Source: Albugo candida
Lineage: Eukaryota
Reading direction: 5' to 3'
Assembly: GCA_040437565.1 (NCBI GenBank)
Contig: JBDOQK010000060.1
Span: forward strand, 124,001 to 188,000
DNA length: 64,000 nt
Below are positions 25,470 through 39,499 of the stretch, in pieces; the stretch's first letter is position 1; the number at the start of each line of letters is the position of its first letter. The notes under the pieces are model-generated. The model had not been told where the DNA came from. It worked only from the letters and a program-made list of their open reading frames with translations, and did no database searches. The position numbers and the translations under genes are program-made.

Positions 25470-27410
25470 TGTACAGGGTCCATGACACACACGTGTTTCA
25501 CATCTACTGGGTGAAAACATTTGGTATGCCGTAGAGACCACGGGTCAGGGCCACTACCCTCTCGCACGCCCCTAGGCTTTGAGAGGGAGAGAAATGCGTA
25601 CGCACTGGAGCCAGTGCCAACGATAAGAAACGTTGGTTTTTTGTACTCTGAACGAGGGAGTAGTGTTGCTGGAATCGAACGATGCAAGTGACATTAGAAC
25701 ATACTTTTATCATCTCTAAGCCGCAATGGGCGCGATGGGCTTCTTCTCGGCACAAATCGACGCCATTTTGGGGATAATCGCCACATTGCATCTGGGGAAT
25801 CTGACATCCGATGATGTTGTAAACGAGCAGTATGGAATGGAGGGTACAACTTTCATGCGAATCAGAGCATCGCTCTATGTATTCATTATGTCAAAGTTCG
25901 ATGGATTGAGATTTGCGACAAGTGCTCTTTTCGTTATATTCAGGCCAAAAGTTAGAGCATGGAAGACGCCGGGACACACGGGATGCAATGACATGTTATA
26001 AATATGGTCAATTGTCATCGATCGCATCAATTGACGAATCGTATGAGCATGAGACGGAGAAGGTCTTTATTGGCTTGCTCGTTATTTTTTAATTTCAAGA
26101 CTTGAGCCATGATTATTTTGATGATTTTCGCATTGGTTATGCTCATGAAAGAGTCCAGCAACACTTCAAAACCGATTGAATGCAGCTTTATCTTCTTCCC
26201 GTAAACAGCTCGTGGATTGACCTAGTTCGAGCGAAGCTATGCAGTATTTGATATTTTGGATCAGTAATGTATAGAGCCTACCATTTATTTATTATCCGTC
26301 CCTACGCAGCTCAAGTGGTATATTATACATTTGGCTTCAGGGAAAAAACGAAGGAGTCACTGTTCGGAACTCAGCAATTTCCAAGCGATCCATGAAGCCA
26401 TTTGTTGCCAGTTTGATGAAGTCTATAATCGGAATTGGAATTGAAATCTTCTTTCTAAAAGAAGCCGGAAGATTCAGGATTCACATCAAGCTGGCGCCAA
26501 TGAAAGTGGGATAAATCAATGTAGTTCAGGGACCATTTTCGGTTCCAGTTGACTGAGTTGATTTATACAATTGGAATCACCGGTTGCCATCTTGTGTGAT
26601 TCCAAAGCCCACCGACACCACAATATTTTCCATGTCTTTTCCAGACGAGTTATCTGAAGCTTAATTCGAAAAGTTTTCGTCGGATATAAATTCATCGAGC
26701 GGCAAAAATGTCTTCGAGCGAAAACTGATAGAGTTAGTCAGCTTCTGAAGGTGAAAGACGAGGCATCTTCGAACAATCCAGAGCTCATCCGTCAAGGCAA
26801 AGCAGTTGAGACCCAATATCCGATGACTCCTTCGACGAATGCTCTCGACCAACCGCAATATCACTGGAAAATGCCGCAGAACATAATGATGGTGGAACTT
26901 GCGCCTAGGATTGACTAGAGATTTCGTGTTCGACGATGAAGACACCATACAGAACGCGCCCAGGTCGATCTTGCATGTCGCTTCCAGTTGCTGTAATGTC
27001 ACGACGTGTTACGTCTGCTACAAAATGGCTACAACATCAATGCTCGTAATCGCCACATGACACTGTTCAAGCAGTGGGAATTCTGTTGGATTAGAATGCA
27101 GAAGTATTCGCACAAGACGCCGATGCAATTGGAATACTCCACTTTATGCTGGCAAGAGATGAAAAAGTTGCTTTCATGCTGCTGGAGGTCCGATGTACAC
27201 CCAATATCGTAAAGACGAACAATACGTATCGATACTGCAGATCGTGTGGCCATTTGACGTCGATGCTCTTTTTCATTTAAATGTGCATTTCGACAACTGA
27301 AACATCATCAAACAGCAATACTCGTAGCTCGTGAAGGTCACTAAAGAATATATTGGCAGTTTGCAAATCCGACGAATGCAACGAGTCGATCTTATTGAGC
27401 AATTGCAATC
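25470..27410 (+). pseudogene. Myosin pseudogene 2 (heavily deleted)
   Basis: AMGFFSAQIDAILGIIATLHLGNLT and MLRLLQNGYNINARNR match the intact myosin. Collinear, with many stops. Confidence 0.9.
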
Positions 27411-27653
27411 AGAAGTTGGGTTTTGTGTCCGTGCTTTAGTGTTCTCTTACAAATACTCGTACTGAGCTCTCAATTCTCATTATTGAAAGCATTCTACGAA
27501 AGGAGCAGTTGGTACAAAAGCGTGCTACAGTAAAGCTCGTCTGATTGAGTTCACACTAAAGGTTAAGGCATGCAAATATATCCAGAATGTTTATTGAGCA
27601 TTAATCTTGTCATAAAAGCAACTTCTCTCGCAATTGTGAGCGATCTGAGTGTG

Positions 27654-28796
27654 CTAATAAAACGGAGAAGTCGAAGAAGCCTTTCCGTTGACCCCTTCTT
27701 TCATTCTCAAGTTGGCTTCGGGCACCTCATCTCCCAATTTGCTCCATACATTGCTCTCCTCGTATGGGGTGATTTGGTACATTTTCTCTTCAGTCTTTGT
27801 ACTGATGATGACTTTGCACATCCACAAAAATCTGCCGCCTAGCACCCAATACTCACTGTTGCTTGACAGGAAATTAACCGTGCCCTCCGAAGAAATGGTA
27901 GGGCGAAACATTTCTGTCATGCGAGTTGGGCTCTCTTTGCCTGGAAATATAATGACCGTGTTGTCAAAGATCACATCATCGGGGTCACCACTGGCAATTC
28001 GCTTGTATTCAGGCTTTTTGGATGAGGATGGGACGTGCGTTTTTGCTTTGATTTTTTCCAGAATAATTTCATAAGTATCTTTTGGTAGTTTGATCGGATC
28101 ATTATCAAGATGAATCTGAATTCGTTGATCCTTGAATTTTGTGCCACCAAATCTGACAGCAGGGAAGACTAGATCGCGCTGAAGTTTGATATCGTTGTTA
28201 TCAGGAGTATTCACAGGGTGAACGAAAAAGTTTATTTTTTCATTCCATTCAAATGAGTAGATTCCCCTTGGAGCCAGATCTACGAACTCATCAGCTCCCA
28301 AAACCATCATGTTATGACCTCTGCGCAGCAGCTTCCCTTTATTGTACAGATTCTCCAGAAGCGACGAGGACATTTTCCAACAACCGGGTATGATATCCAT
28401 ACTCTCAACCTTCGTATCTCGCATGCTTTCTGGGTCATAGTGCCGGTCACGTTTCGATGGGTCGTGTGCTGGAGGGTTGCCAGATGGAGGGAGTATATCG
28501 TAGCTATTGTAACCTTCAACGCCGTTTTTAGCCAGTGACACTTTGATTTCCGTTTTAGGCCAGCAACGTTGCAAGGCAATTTGATGCTCATATGTATGAT
28601 TCATATAAAAAGCCATCACATATTCCTCGTGATCTATCTGCGCAACTTCCACTCTCAACCCCAGTATAAAATCGGAATTTCCGGACTGCAAACTGATCAA
28701 TTTCATAAAGTATTTGTCCACAGGGTCATCCGTTGCCGACGACTGCGAGAGGGCAAACATGGTGAAAATGTAAGTATTTAGACGAAGGTTCTTCAT
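27654..28796 (-). CDS. Family A copy A3: intact 380 aa putative secreted protein, pepsin-fold-like pseudoenzyme candidate
   Basis: Signal-like MKNLRLNTYIFTMFALSQSSA; YVMAFY, RCWP, YDPES, PGCW, APRGIYSF, VRFGG, IHLDNDPIKLPKDTYEIILEKI, YWVLGGRFLWMCKVIIST. Confidence 0.87.
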   Translation of the reverse strand: MKNLRLNTYIFTMFALSQSSATDDPVDKYFMKLISLQSGNSDFILGLRVEVAQIDHEEYVMAFYMNHTYEHQIALQRCWPKTEIKVSLAKNGVEGYNSYDILPPSGNPPAHDPSKRDRHYDPESMRDTKVESMDIIPGCWKMSSSLLENLYNKGKLLRRGHNMMVLGADEFVDLAPRGIYSFEWNEKINFFVHPVNTPDNNDIKLQRDLVFPAVRFGGTKFKDQRIQIHLDNDPIKLPKDTYEIILEKIKAKTHVPSSSKKPEYKRIASGDPDDVIFDNTVIIFPGKESPTRMTEMFRPTISSEGTVNFLSSNSEYWVLGGRFLWMCKVIISTKTEEKMYQITPYEESNVWSKLGDEVPEANLRMKEGVNGKASSTSPFY

Positions 28797-29734
28797 CGTG
28801 TTGACTGTTGATCGATTTTTGATAAAAAATGAGAATCCATTTGACGATGTATGGTTCAAATCGTCAGCTCAACCATTCGTTTCGAACAACTTGAATTATT
28901 TCCCGGCGTGGTCATTGGGAGTTCCACCCCAGCCTGAACGCATATTAAAAATCAGGCAAGGTTTCTATTTTTGAAAGTACTTACTAAAGGCTTTCAAGTA
29001 AGTACACAATTGGTAACGGTTTCCAGGTATGTTCCGTGTAGTGCTCCATTCGTTCTCGTTATATCGTAAGTGAACAACTTTGATATAGAAAGATTTCGAT
29101 AGATAATCTTTGTGAGTAGTTCTATGATTTGTACATCTAGCTGATACTTGCATACGAAATAACCCTTATCATTCCCGGAGGGTCCACGCCTCGTGGGTAA
29201 CGTTTACTTGGGTGCACATCACTATATCCGTAATCTTTACCTCCTTGCGTGGATAACATTGATCGAATCAAAACTCGCATTCCATCAGAGTACCTTGGCA
29301 TGATTGATTTTTTACTTTGATAATACATACATGTGAAGTGAATGTGATCATCGCAGTAAGGTTGCTCACTTTGTCAAGTAAACAAAGTGGCAAGCCCTTT
29401 CGAGTTTATGAATACGTACTTTGTGACCATGAATGCTACACAAGCTGGAGTAACGTTCTTAAAGTCGGTGAAGTTGTACAACAAAGACTTCAAAGGTACT
29501 AAAACTAGGTTTTTATAGTATCAGGCATCGCAAATCACCAGTGATGTAGCACCTGTGACCACGCGGGCCTTGCAGCAACTTGTATTGCACTTGTCAATCC
29601 CAGCCTCCTTACTTATGAGGCTGCGAATCACCCGTTTCATGCACAACAATGTCGAGTCTTATTATACGGACGTCGATCGGGACCATTGTGAAAGTTGTTA
29701 TTTCTTCGGATCCCAAAGTCGCTCTCAAGCTACA

Positions 29735-30152
29735 ACTATTGCAGCTCGGTTATTCGTTGTAACGCTGTTGTGTCACGGTCAGAAGAGTGTCATGTTGCAG
29801 CCAACATTCTCTGAGGTTTGATGATGATCAAAACTGCAGCGGAAAGAAGTCGATAATATTCGATTCCACAGTTGATTGGAAAAAGCCGATGCTCTTTTTA
29901 CTGCTTGGCCGACATATTACCATAAGATCAGTACAAAAGGGATCTTGACGCTACGCAAAGATCGTACAGTTGTTCGATCTTCATGTTCTATCACGGAGAC
30001 GGGGTCGAGCGAGATTGTCATGCTGTATATCAGTACTATTCGCAAGCTGCCGATCGTGATTTGCGTCGAGCCTAGAATAATGTCGCCGAAATGCACTTTT
30101 CGGTCGAGGCGATCAAGAGGATCTTGTAAGGCTTAGAAACTCGTAGTCGTAA
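29735..30152 (+). pseudogene. Sel1-repeat gene pseudogene (3' part)
   Basis: DNA similarity to 6460-7020 (tcagaagagtgtcatgttgcagc, ggagacggggtcgagc), with deletions. Confidence 0.88.
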
Positions 30153-30159
30153 CAAAGAT

Positions 30160-31165
30160 TCATTGAGCGCACAATTTATTCATTGTATCATCTGCAATGA
30201 CTTTGATCGTTGGAACTAGATATTTGTTTCAATTCGAAGGCTGTAGTGATTGCATCGTCTGGTGTTTTCTCAATCGTAATGGACTGACAGCTTTTTGTCT
30301 TGCTCAGAAGGTTCCATGATCAATTTACTCTGCACAATGACTACTGGGTTTGACCATACGCGCTATTATATGCCTTCTCAATTACGAATTGGAGGTCACA
30401 TAACGTTTTCATGATGCAGAGTCATTAGCGAGCAGCCTCTACAAGAAAGACACGTAAAAAGACATCAGTAGCGACTGTGTACACAAAGCATCGAAAGGAG
30501 GCTTCCAGGTAGACACGTTTTTATAGATCGTCGAAATCTGAGGTATGAGAGTTACCGGTGTTATTTGACGTAAATGAAGACTTCCTACCTCGAAACAGTA
30601 TCTCTGGGGTACCTAACAAGCTCAAATTGTGATAAGACAAAAGTTCCAATGCGATATGTTAGTAAGTGCACTTGCATATAATGATTCCAACGTAGCATGG
30701 GAAGATGAATTTCTGCATTTTGAACTCAGTGAATCGAATGGTCACGCCTAGTAGTCCTTTTCCTGACCATTTTCTTCAAGAAGTGAGTTGCACTTCTGTG
30801 GTATCAATGTCAGTCAATTCTACACCTCAATTAGGTAGCAGCATCACTTGTTCTTTTACAACAAGCGCAAGTCCGCGACGCGATCTTCGTTTGCAGCAAT
30901 GAGTTTTATCGATATCAGGTATCTAATGTCCTGCACAAGGCTCGTGCAATATAAGTTTGTATAGCTGATGCGGATCTTACTCAGAAGCGCACCAAACGTA
31001 TGTCACTGACCTTGAGATCAGTATCTGATGAAAGAAGGAAACGAAACCAACTCTGGCGCGAATGATCCTTCCTGAACACCCAATACACGAATACCAACAT
31101 ATAAGGAGAGATTTGTGCCACTAGACGTTGCGTATCCAGAAGCGAATCTTTTCTGACACAGCGAC
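30160..31165 (-). pseudogene. GRASP pseudogene with introns retained
   Basis: Collinear similarity to 7035-8880, including intron sequence (e.g. gaatcgaatggt.acgcc.a.tagtccttttcc). Confidence 0.88.
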
Positions 31166-31199
31166 TCGATACATAATCGTCGATTTCATTCCTTCGATT

Positions 31200-31430
31200 A
31201 TCCTATGACGATGACAATGCCAGGAAACTCGCCATTACACATCTCCCTATCCGCAGATTCCAACAAAATTGAACCAAGACGCTCTGCGCTCTTTCTTCTG
31301 ACTTTGTATCCCTGGATTCTGGAGTAAACCGTTTCAAAAGGTATACCATCGTCATCGATATCTCACAAGGAGATCACAGAAGGGAAGATCACCAAAATGG
31401 AAAAGAGCCAAATGAATGGAGCGCGGTAGA
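31200..31430 (+). pseudogene. Family A copy A4 (3' fragment only)
   Basis: MTMTMPGNSPLHISLSAD...PWILE* and KRYTIVID match the A2 C-terminus MTMTISDNQSLHVSLPAD...WVL...KGYTIIID. Confidence 0.8.
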
Positions 31431-31449
31431 TACGAGCACATAGACGATG

Positions 31450-34050
31450 CATTGAGTGTGTGAGCTTATAGGTGCGCGGATCCATCCTGCGTGTGGAAAA
31501 AGCTCCAGCGTATTTGAAAAGTTCACGATTACGAGGCATCACGAGAAGCTCGGTTCCAAATTACGGTAACTTGTCGATACAAACTAAGTTCATATCATAC
31601 ATAATCAGTATCGTAGACTTTGCTTCGCATGAGTTCTTTCGTAGCACCGTCTTGTACGTCTTGAAGCGCTCCCACTCAAAGAGTAGTTCCATTATGAAGG
31701 AGTACATCCTTCCAAATGTCTTGACTTGAGACTCAAGGCCACCATACTATTCCAAAAATCATGCTTTCCTTTGGTGTTTGTTGTTGCTATTTACTTGCAG
31801 TACCAACGTTGATCCATTCATAAAGTATACTCTTGAGATTTACTCCACAAAAATAAATCGACAAAAATGATCTTCTCGATACAACAGGTATCACCAAGCA
31901 CGCCATGAAGTTAGGACTAGCATCGTTGACTTCGTTGATCTGAATATCGTCGGATGGGATCCGTGGGTGTCAAGTTTGGATACAAGCTTCTCACTAGTTA
32001 CTTTCAGTGGGCTCGCTGTCGTCTTCACAAAAAGCGATCCCTGATCTACATCTTCTTGCCGTATATATTCCTTCTCTTTGGTTATGGTTCAGGCATATTC
32101 GCGTGTTTCTTCTAGTAATTTCCATGTTCTATCCACACAGTGAAGTTTCGACAAAGTTTAATCTCTCAATCGCATCAGGCAGCAAGTCATTGACAAGGTG
32201 ATTAAGCTGGATAGTACATTTGGTTTTACAGTGAAATATGGCTGACCAAACAAAAAATTGAGAGACACAGACCAGCTCGAGAAGATCCAATGCCACTTTG
32301 CCAAGTGTGTTGTAGACAGGCCATCAGATCAATGAATTGTCTTTCTTTACCAGCTGCAAAACAAGTGAGCTTCTCTAAGACATAATCAGCTAAAGTGGTT
32401 CTTCCAAGACCTTAATTATAGCTACAGAGCATTTTCCATGATCATACACAGTGGTCTGAATTCGAATCATACATGTGAGACCCACCGTCTATGTTTTTAT
32501 CGATGTAAATTTTACCATGATCTTCCTTGGTGTACGATCCCACGACCCATTCGTACATTTGCAAACATGTTGCCATCAACTATCCTTGATCGGCTTTGTT
32601 AAAATTTCCGTAGTCGTAGGGTTCTTGATTTAGTTTCCATACAAGGATCGCAATACAAAGTCATCAATCTCATCTCCGTGCGGCATGTCGAGTGTTAACA
32701 ATGTGGATATAATATGACTTCGCATTATGTCGAAATTGTATGACTCTCCCGCTTTCACTATATCAAATTCATCGTCGTAGAGACTACTAATACTCATTTT
32801 CACGTAGCTTATGAAATTTCGAGACGAACGACTGTAAGGAATCTTCCGTCAGCTATTCTGACTCAATCGTGCCAAGCGCATCAAAAACCTTTTGAAAATC
32901 TTTTCCATGGGAAGAGAGCCAGAAATTTCTCGACACACTTCTTTCACTAACAGATAGTTCCCAAATATACATCTGATGTGACCAAAATCACCCCAAAGAT
33001 TTCTCCATAGTNNNNNNNNNNNNNNNNNNNNNNNNNNNNNNNNNNNNNNNNNNNNNNNNNNNNNNNNNNNNNNNNNNNNNNNNNNNNNNNNNNNNNNNNN
33101 NNNNNNNNNNNCAGACCAGCTCGAGAAGATCCAATGCCACTTTGCCAAGTGTGTTGTAGACAGGCCATCAGATCAATGAATTGTCTTTCTTTACCAGCTG
33201 CAAAACAAGTGAGCTTCTCTAAGACATAATCAGCTAAAGTGGTTCTTCCAAGACCTTAATTATAGCTACAGAGCATTTTCCATGATCATACACAGTGGTC
33301 TGAATTCGAATCATACATGTGAGACCCACCGTCTATGTTTTTATCGATGTAAATTTTACCATGATCTTCCTTGGTGTACGATCCCACGACCCATTCGTAC
33401 ATTTGCAAACATGTTGCCATCAACTATCCTTGATCGGCTTTGTTAAAATTTCCGTAGTCGTAGGGTTCTTGATTTAGTTTCCATACAAGGATCGCAATAC
33501 AAAGTCATCAATCTCATCTCCGTGCGGCATGTCGAGTGTTAACAATGTGGATATAATATGACTTCGCATTATGTCGAAATTGTATGACTCTCCCGCTTTC
33601 ACTATATCAAATTCATCGTCGTAGAGACTACTAATACTCATTTTCACGTAGCTTATGAAATTTCGAGACGAACGACTGTAAGGAATCTTCCGTCAGCTAT
33701 TCTGACTCAATCGTGCCAAGCGCATCAAAAACCTTTTGAAAATCTTTTCCATGGGAAGAGAGCCAGAAATTTCTCGACACACTTCTTTCACTAACAGATA
33801 GTTCCCAAATATACATCTGATGTGACCAAAATCACCCCAAAGATTTCTCCATAGTCCGCTTGATGCGCACTCTTGCAAACACCATCTGATGGCTTTTCCT
33901 TACCACTGAAAGCATCGCGTAGCAACAAAGCCGGATAACGAGAAATTAAGATTGGGAAAGTGCATTCAACCGAGCACGCGAGCCAACGTTCAGGCCGAAA
34001 TACACAGAAGCTGTTACACATAGCAATTTCCGATGCAGAATAGGAGCGTC
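31450..34050 (-). pseudogene. Family B copy B5 (longest; includes artefactual gap duplication)
   Basis: ASVYFGLNV, LQSFVSKFHK..LYDD and ERFKTYK; collinear with 19250-20850. Confidence 0.65.
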
Positions 34051-34449
34051 AAGGTTTTACATGGTACGGTACTCGCTACTTAATCGGATCATCGGCGGTC
34101 AACATTTCACAAAAGTGGATTGGTCAAAGGTGTCAATGTTTGGACCAATTAAAATGGAGAGGCGCTGTTCTGTCTTTAGGACCAGATCGAAACAGAAGCG
34201 AAACCGTACTCGGCGAAACAGGTGGTAGGGCAAGATAGGTTTCCAGTCGAATAAAGAAACTCTCCCTGCTTCTAGATATACGCTATACCCATACACCCAG
34301 TACCCCTACTTGATGAAATCCGCTAGTATACTGCAGACAGGCTAGGCCAATCGAAACTGTTTCACACGCACTCTTTACAACAGCTTCTTCCTCGTGCTAG
34401 CATTTTCGACCACAAATACACAGAGCACAAGGCGAGTGGGTCTTGTATA

Positions 34450-37400
34450 CATCAAGATTAAAAGATGTAAACGTTTGGTTACGTGACGACGAAGAGGATG
34501 CATGGTATTGCGCCGTAGTTGTCGAGTTGTCCGATTTATTATCACGCAAATGTCGAGTATGAGTACGTGGCTATGAGACACCTCGACCACACACAGGGAC
34601 GACTCTCTCACACGATGTTTAGGCTTTGTAAAATGAAGAATTGACCACTTCGTTGCTGGTTAATAATTCACGATAAGGACTTGAAGGAAGACCTCATTCA
34701 AATTCCTCATGTGCACGAACCGAGAATTTGCCAGGCGCTGGATATGCACATTCGTACGGGAGGTATTACTTGCCATCAACCGGTATCAAAATATCGGTAG
34801 TTAGTATGTAAATATACGTCGAAAATACATTCGAAATGGCGAGAAACGCGGTATCGGAGCTGATGTACCGGATATGCCTTCCCATGTATTTAGTAGCGCT
34901 GACAAAACGTATCGCAATTTGTGTACTCCAACGTTTGATAAAGAGGGAATTGGCACAGAGCGTCAACCGATGCTCGTGAGTGGGGAGTCTGGTGCTGGAA
35001 AAATGGAATCTACGAAATTCATCATGGAGTATTTGGCCACAGTATCCAAATCTCAAAGGGAAAGATGACCGAACAGGAGACCAGTACCATCGAAAGACTT
35101 GGAAATCAAACTTCAATTCTACGGCAGACCACGTTCGACTTGGACTATCTTTGGAGAAGGTTTGTCCGGCATATCAATCGGAAACTGAACGCAATTACCA
35201 CGTTCCTATCAGCTGCTGGCTGGATTCCAGTATCGAAGATTTGAAGCGTCGGTTTCTTCCATCCAAAGGAGTGAGTTGCATTACTTGATACAAAGTACTT
35301 GCACCAAATGGAAGAACAGATTTGACGGTACAACACAGTGACAACAATTTCAAAGCAGCAATAAACGTGATGGGCGTTTTGCCGACTGAATTCGATGCTA
35401 TTTGAGACAATCGTCGTGCCATTGCATTTGGAAATCGGGCATTTGATCAAGTTGTAAATGAGGAGTCTAGAATGGAAGGGTCCAGGATTTATGCGAACAC
35501 AAAATCATTGCAATATGTCCAATTATTCCGAAGGCGATTGATTGGGACTGGAATAAGTGCGCTATTTCTTAACCAAAGATGACCCATATCTGATCAATCA
35601 GAGCGTGGCAGACACCAGAAGCACACGGGACGCAATGGCACGACATATACACATACGGTCAGCAGTTCAACGGATCGCATTAATCGACGAGTCAAATGCA
35701 AATATTAGACAGAGATGCTCATTTTTGGATTGCCGGATATGTTTGGGTTTGAGGATTTAAGCCATAATCATTTGAGCAGCTTTGTATCAATCGTGCTAAC
35801 GAAAGACGCCAGCAACACTGCAATCGAACCGTTCTTCTTGTTTTGAACAAGAAATGTGTGATTGTGAAGCGATTCAATGGAGCTTCATTCAACTTTTCCT
35901 GACAACAGCGCGCGTTTAGATCTCATGCAAGCGAAACCATGCGGTATTCTGAACATTTTGATGAGGAATGGATAGTCCCCTAAGGAAATCATCAAAACTT
36001 TGCACGGTAATTGTATCGTCCACATGGTGAACATCCTCACTTCACTGCCGATAATACCCACCAATTTAGCCATTTATTTGTTATCCATCATTATACAGCT
36101 CAAGTGGTACATGATACCTTTGTTGTTTGTGACCAAAACAAGATGTGCTTTGCTCGGAACGCATCAATTACATTAAGCGATCGACGAAGCCTTTTATTGC
36201 CAGTTTGATAACAGTTACCAGTCGGAATAGAAATTTGATGATCGCAAGAAGCAGACGGATGGAGGATTCACGTTAAGCTGGTAACAATGGAAGTGGGACA
36301 AATCGGTGTAGCTTAGGGACCCCTGTCTGGAATCAGTTGAAACAGCTCCTTTCTACATTTGGACTCCTTAGTTGCTATTAGTTGCGATGTCTCAAACCAA
36401 ACGACACCGCGACACCTTCCAAGTATATTCCAGACGTGTTTGAGATCAGCTACTTGCCAGAGGTGTGCTTGAAGCTGTTCGTGTGAATTGAGCCGGGTGT
36501 CCTGCTCGAATGCCGCATCATCAGTTTTTGAAGCTCTATCGAGCCCTTGCCATGGTAGCATACGTGCGTAAGCTTTGTGAGTCAGAAACGGCTGGAAATG
36601 ATTTTGTGTAACATTCCTTCGTCGAGCACAATATCGCCACATTTGGGCGACCAGTAATGAGGAAGCACAGGAAGCTGCTTGTGATTTCGTATCCACATAT
36701 GAAATTCAGTCGGTTTAACTCGGGTCTTCTTTCGTAGAGCGGCCATCCAATTCGTAAAAGCTCAGTTGGCAATAACGGTAGCCAAATTCATCGTAATTAT
36801 CCGGGCAATGGTACAAATACATCGATACAGGCGTCAGAAAATTGCTTGTGTCCGTATACCAAGTGCTGTTCGAGTATTTCTACTCCGATATAGATCAATC
36901 GAATGGGAAAAACGTCTTCGAGCGGAAGCTGANNNNNNNNNNNNNNNNNNNNNNNNNNNNNNNNNNNNNNNNNNNNNNNNNNNNNNNNNNNNNNNNNNNN
37001 NNNNNNNNNNNNNNNNNNNNNNNNNNNNNNNNCGGTCGTGCATTTCGCCTGTGATTGCTGTAACGCTCGTGACGTGTTTCGTCTGCTACAAATTGGCTTC
37101 GATATCAATACTCATAATCGTCGTGGTCGAGCACAGTTGCGCACCGCTCGCTACAATTGGATTGGGATTCAGATGTATTAGAACAAGACGCCAACGGGAA
37201 TACTCCACTTCTGCTAGCAAGAGATACAATCGCTGCTTTGCCGGATGTACACCCAATATCGTCAGTGCCGAAAGTTAACAACAGTTGTCGATGCTGTGGA
37301 TCGTGCGACCATCTGACTGTCGATGCTCTTATGCGCAAAACAGATGTCCTTTTTCCAGAAGCGAAACAGCACCAAACAGCATCGCATGTCGGATTTCGTT

Positions 37401-37475
37401 GAGGCTACTATACAATCATTATGCCACTTTGCAAATTTGACGATGCCAAAGAATGGATCCTTGTAATCGATCGCA
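34450..37475 (+). pseudogene. Myosin pseudogene 3 (most complete; includes N-terminal sequence missing from the window)
   Basis: LVSGESGAGKMESTKFIMEYLAT and HPHFTADNTHQ; collinear through the ankyrin region, with frameshifts. Confidence 0.95.
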
Positions 37476-37752
37476 ACTAGTGGAAGCGGTTATTGCGCCT
37501 GACTTAATTAGTGTGCTCAAAACTCTTGGAAACATTTCCTTAGCTTTTATTTCTTATATTTGGAACTACTTTGTGGACAAAAGCACTTGGAGATGTATAG
37601 AGCTGCACCCTAGTAAGTTCAAGAAAATGACGCTATCATGGAAGGTTAATCGCATATTATAAAGTCCTTGATTTGTATAAAGCATTACTTTTTTCCTTAG
37701 AGCTATGCATACGCTTTTAGGCTGATGGCTTCTAGTCTTCGTCCGAATGCAT

Positions 37753-39400
37753 TCAATCGTACTCTTCATCAATCTCTTCTTGACCCGAATGAGCACCATG
37801 CTTTGAGCTGCTCGCCTCTGCTGCGTTCGTGTCACTTGGCAATCTTAGCCTTTTATTGCTCGCCTCTGCTCTGCTATCCTCATTTGAGGCTTGACTCAAC
37901 TCATTCCTCTTTTCTTCTCTTCCCTTCTCTTTTCTCCTCTTATCTTGACGGAAGAAGTTGTACTTTATCGTTCCATCACTTGTATCGATCCCGATTTTGT
38001 CCACCCGCACATACCTATTACCCACCACCCAAGCGTCACTATCGCTTCGAACAACATGCACCGGACTGTTCTTATGAACAATACTATCGATAGACACTTG
38101 TGGTTGAGAGCATATTCCAGCATTTATCTGAAACACAATGTCACCCATCGACACTCGAGGACANNNNNNNNNNNNNNNNNNNNNNNNNNNNNNNNNNNNN
38201 NNNNNNNNNNNNNNNNNNNNNNNNNNNNNNNNNNNNNNNNNNNNNNNNNNNNNNNNNNNNNNNTAGCCTTTTATTGCTCGCCTCTGCTCTGCTATCCTCA
38301 TTTGAGGCTTGACTCAACTCATTCCTCTTTTCTTCTCTTCCCTTCTCTTTTCTCCTCTTATCTTGACGGAAGAAGTTGTACTTTATCGTTCCATCACTTG
38401 TATCGATCCCGATTTTGTCCACCCGCACATACCTATTACCCACCACCCAAGCGTCACTATCGCTTCGAACAACATGCACCGGACTGTTCTTATGAACAAT
38501 ACTATCGATAGACACTTGTGGTTGAGAGCATATTCCAGCATTTATCTGAAACACAATGTCACCCATCGACACTCGAGGACACTTACCATTGTCCTTAACT
38601 CTCACGTATTTATGGTCTTCAGAAAATGCGTATCCCTTCTTGTGTAGCTTTTTTGTGAACTTTGGATAAGCTTCATCCGGAAGTTTGATCATTTCATCAC
38701 CAAATCGAAATTCCATTTTCTGATTAAATGAGCTGCCACCATACTTATCTGTAGGTAACACAAGATTGCTCTCAGGTATGTCTTCGTACACTTCATCAAT
38801 ATACCTTCTGGAAGAGACCTCATACCATGTTCTATACTCGTACCTCTTCCAATCAATTACATAGACTCCTTTGACAGCCAGACGTATGAACTCGTCACCA
38901 TTAAGGTTCCACCACTTTTCTTCATTTTTCTCAAGCTTCTTCTCGCTGACCAATTGATCCTTTAGCAACGAAGATATATTCCAGCAACCTAAACCATGCA
39001 CATGGAGATCACTCATGTGTGTTGAGTCTTCCATGCGCTCTGGTTCATAGAGAAACTTCGATTCCGTAATTATTACATGAGAATCGGCTCTTTGTCGATT
39101 TTCCTCGTTCGCCAAGTGATGTATACTCAAGTCAGAACGGGTGAACGATTCTCCCATCGAGCCAGACAAGCAGCGATCAATAGTCTCATCAGCATCATTT
39201 GAATTATCCATTGAAAATGCCACTAGATTGCATCCAGGTAACTCCGTTGGCGCTATCGTCACGCTCAGTCCCCAAATCCTTTTTCTCTGCTCGTCCAATA
39301 CGGAACGCATTTCCATATAAGACACGTCGCGCTTATTATTACCTTTTGTTGAGACCCCAAGCATGCTGACACAGAGCGCGTTCAGTTGATACATCTTCAT
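37753..39400 (-). CDS. Family A copy A5: intact ~409 aa after removing the 418 bp gap artefact; charged C-terminal extension
   Basis: MKMYQLNALCVSMLGVST; LVAFSM..RC, YEPER, GCWNISSL, AVKGVYV, FRFGDEMIKLPDEAY, DAWVVGNRYVRVDKIGIDT. 38264-38581 duplicates 37846-38163 across the Ns. Confidence 0.85.
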
Positions 39401-39499
39401 CGGTGTTAACTGGCGATGGAATTCTTAACCATGGAGAAGATGTATTCGATCTTTATGATCCGAACCACCATCTCCAAATAAAAGAATTGAGTTATTCTC

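Noticed and set aside
32268-33855. Exact 744 bp tandem duplication
   Set aside because: Flanks an N gap; assembly artefact.
37846-38581. Apparent extra family A C-terminus
   Set aside because: A 318 bp exact duplicate across an N gap; it collapses into the single gene A5.
18044-39400. Family A as RXLR, CRN or CHxC/CCG effectors
   Set aside because: No RXLR-dEER, LFLAK or CxxC..G motif follows the N-terminal hydrophobic stretch.
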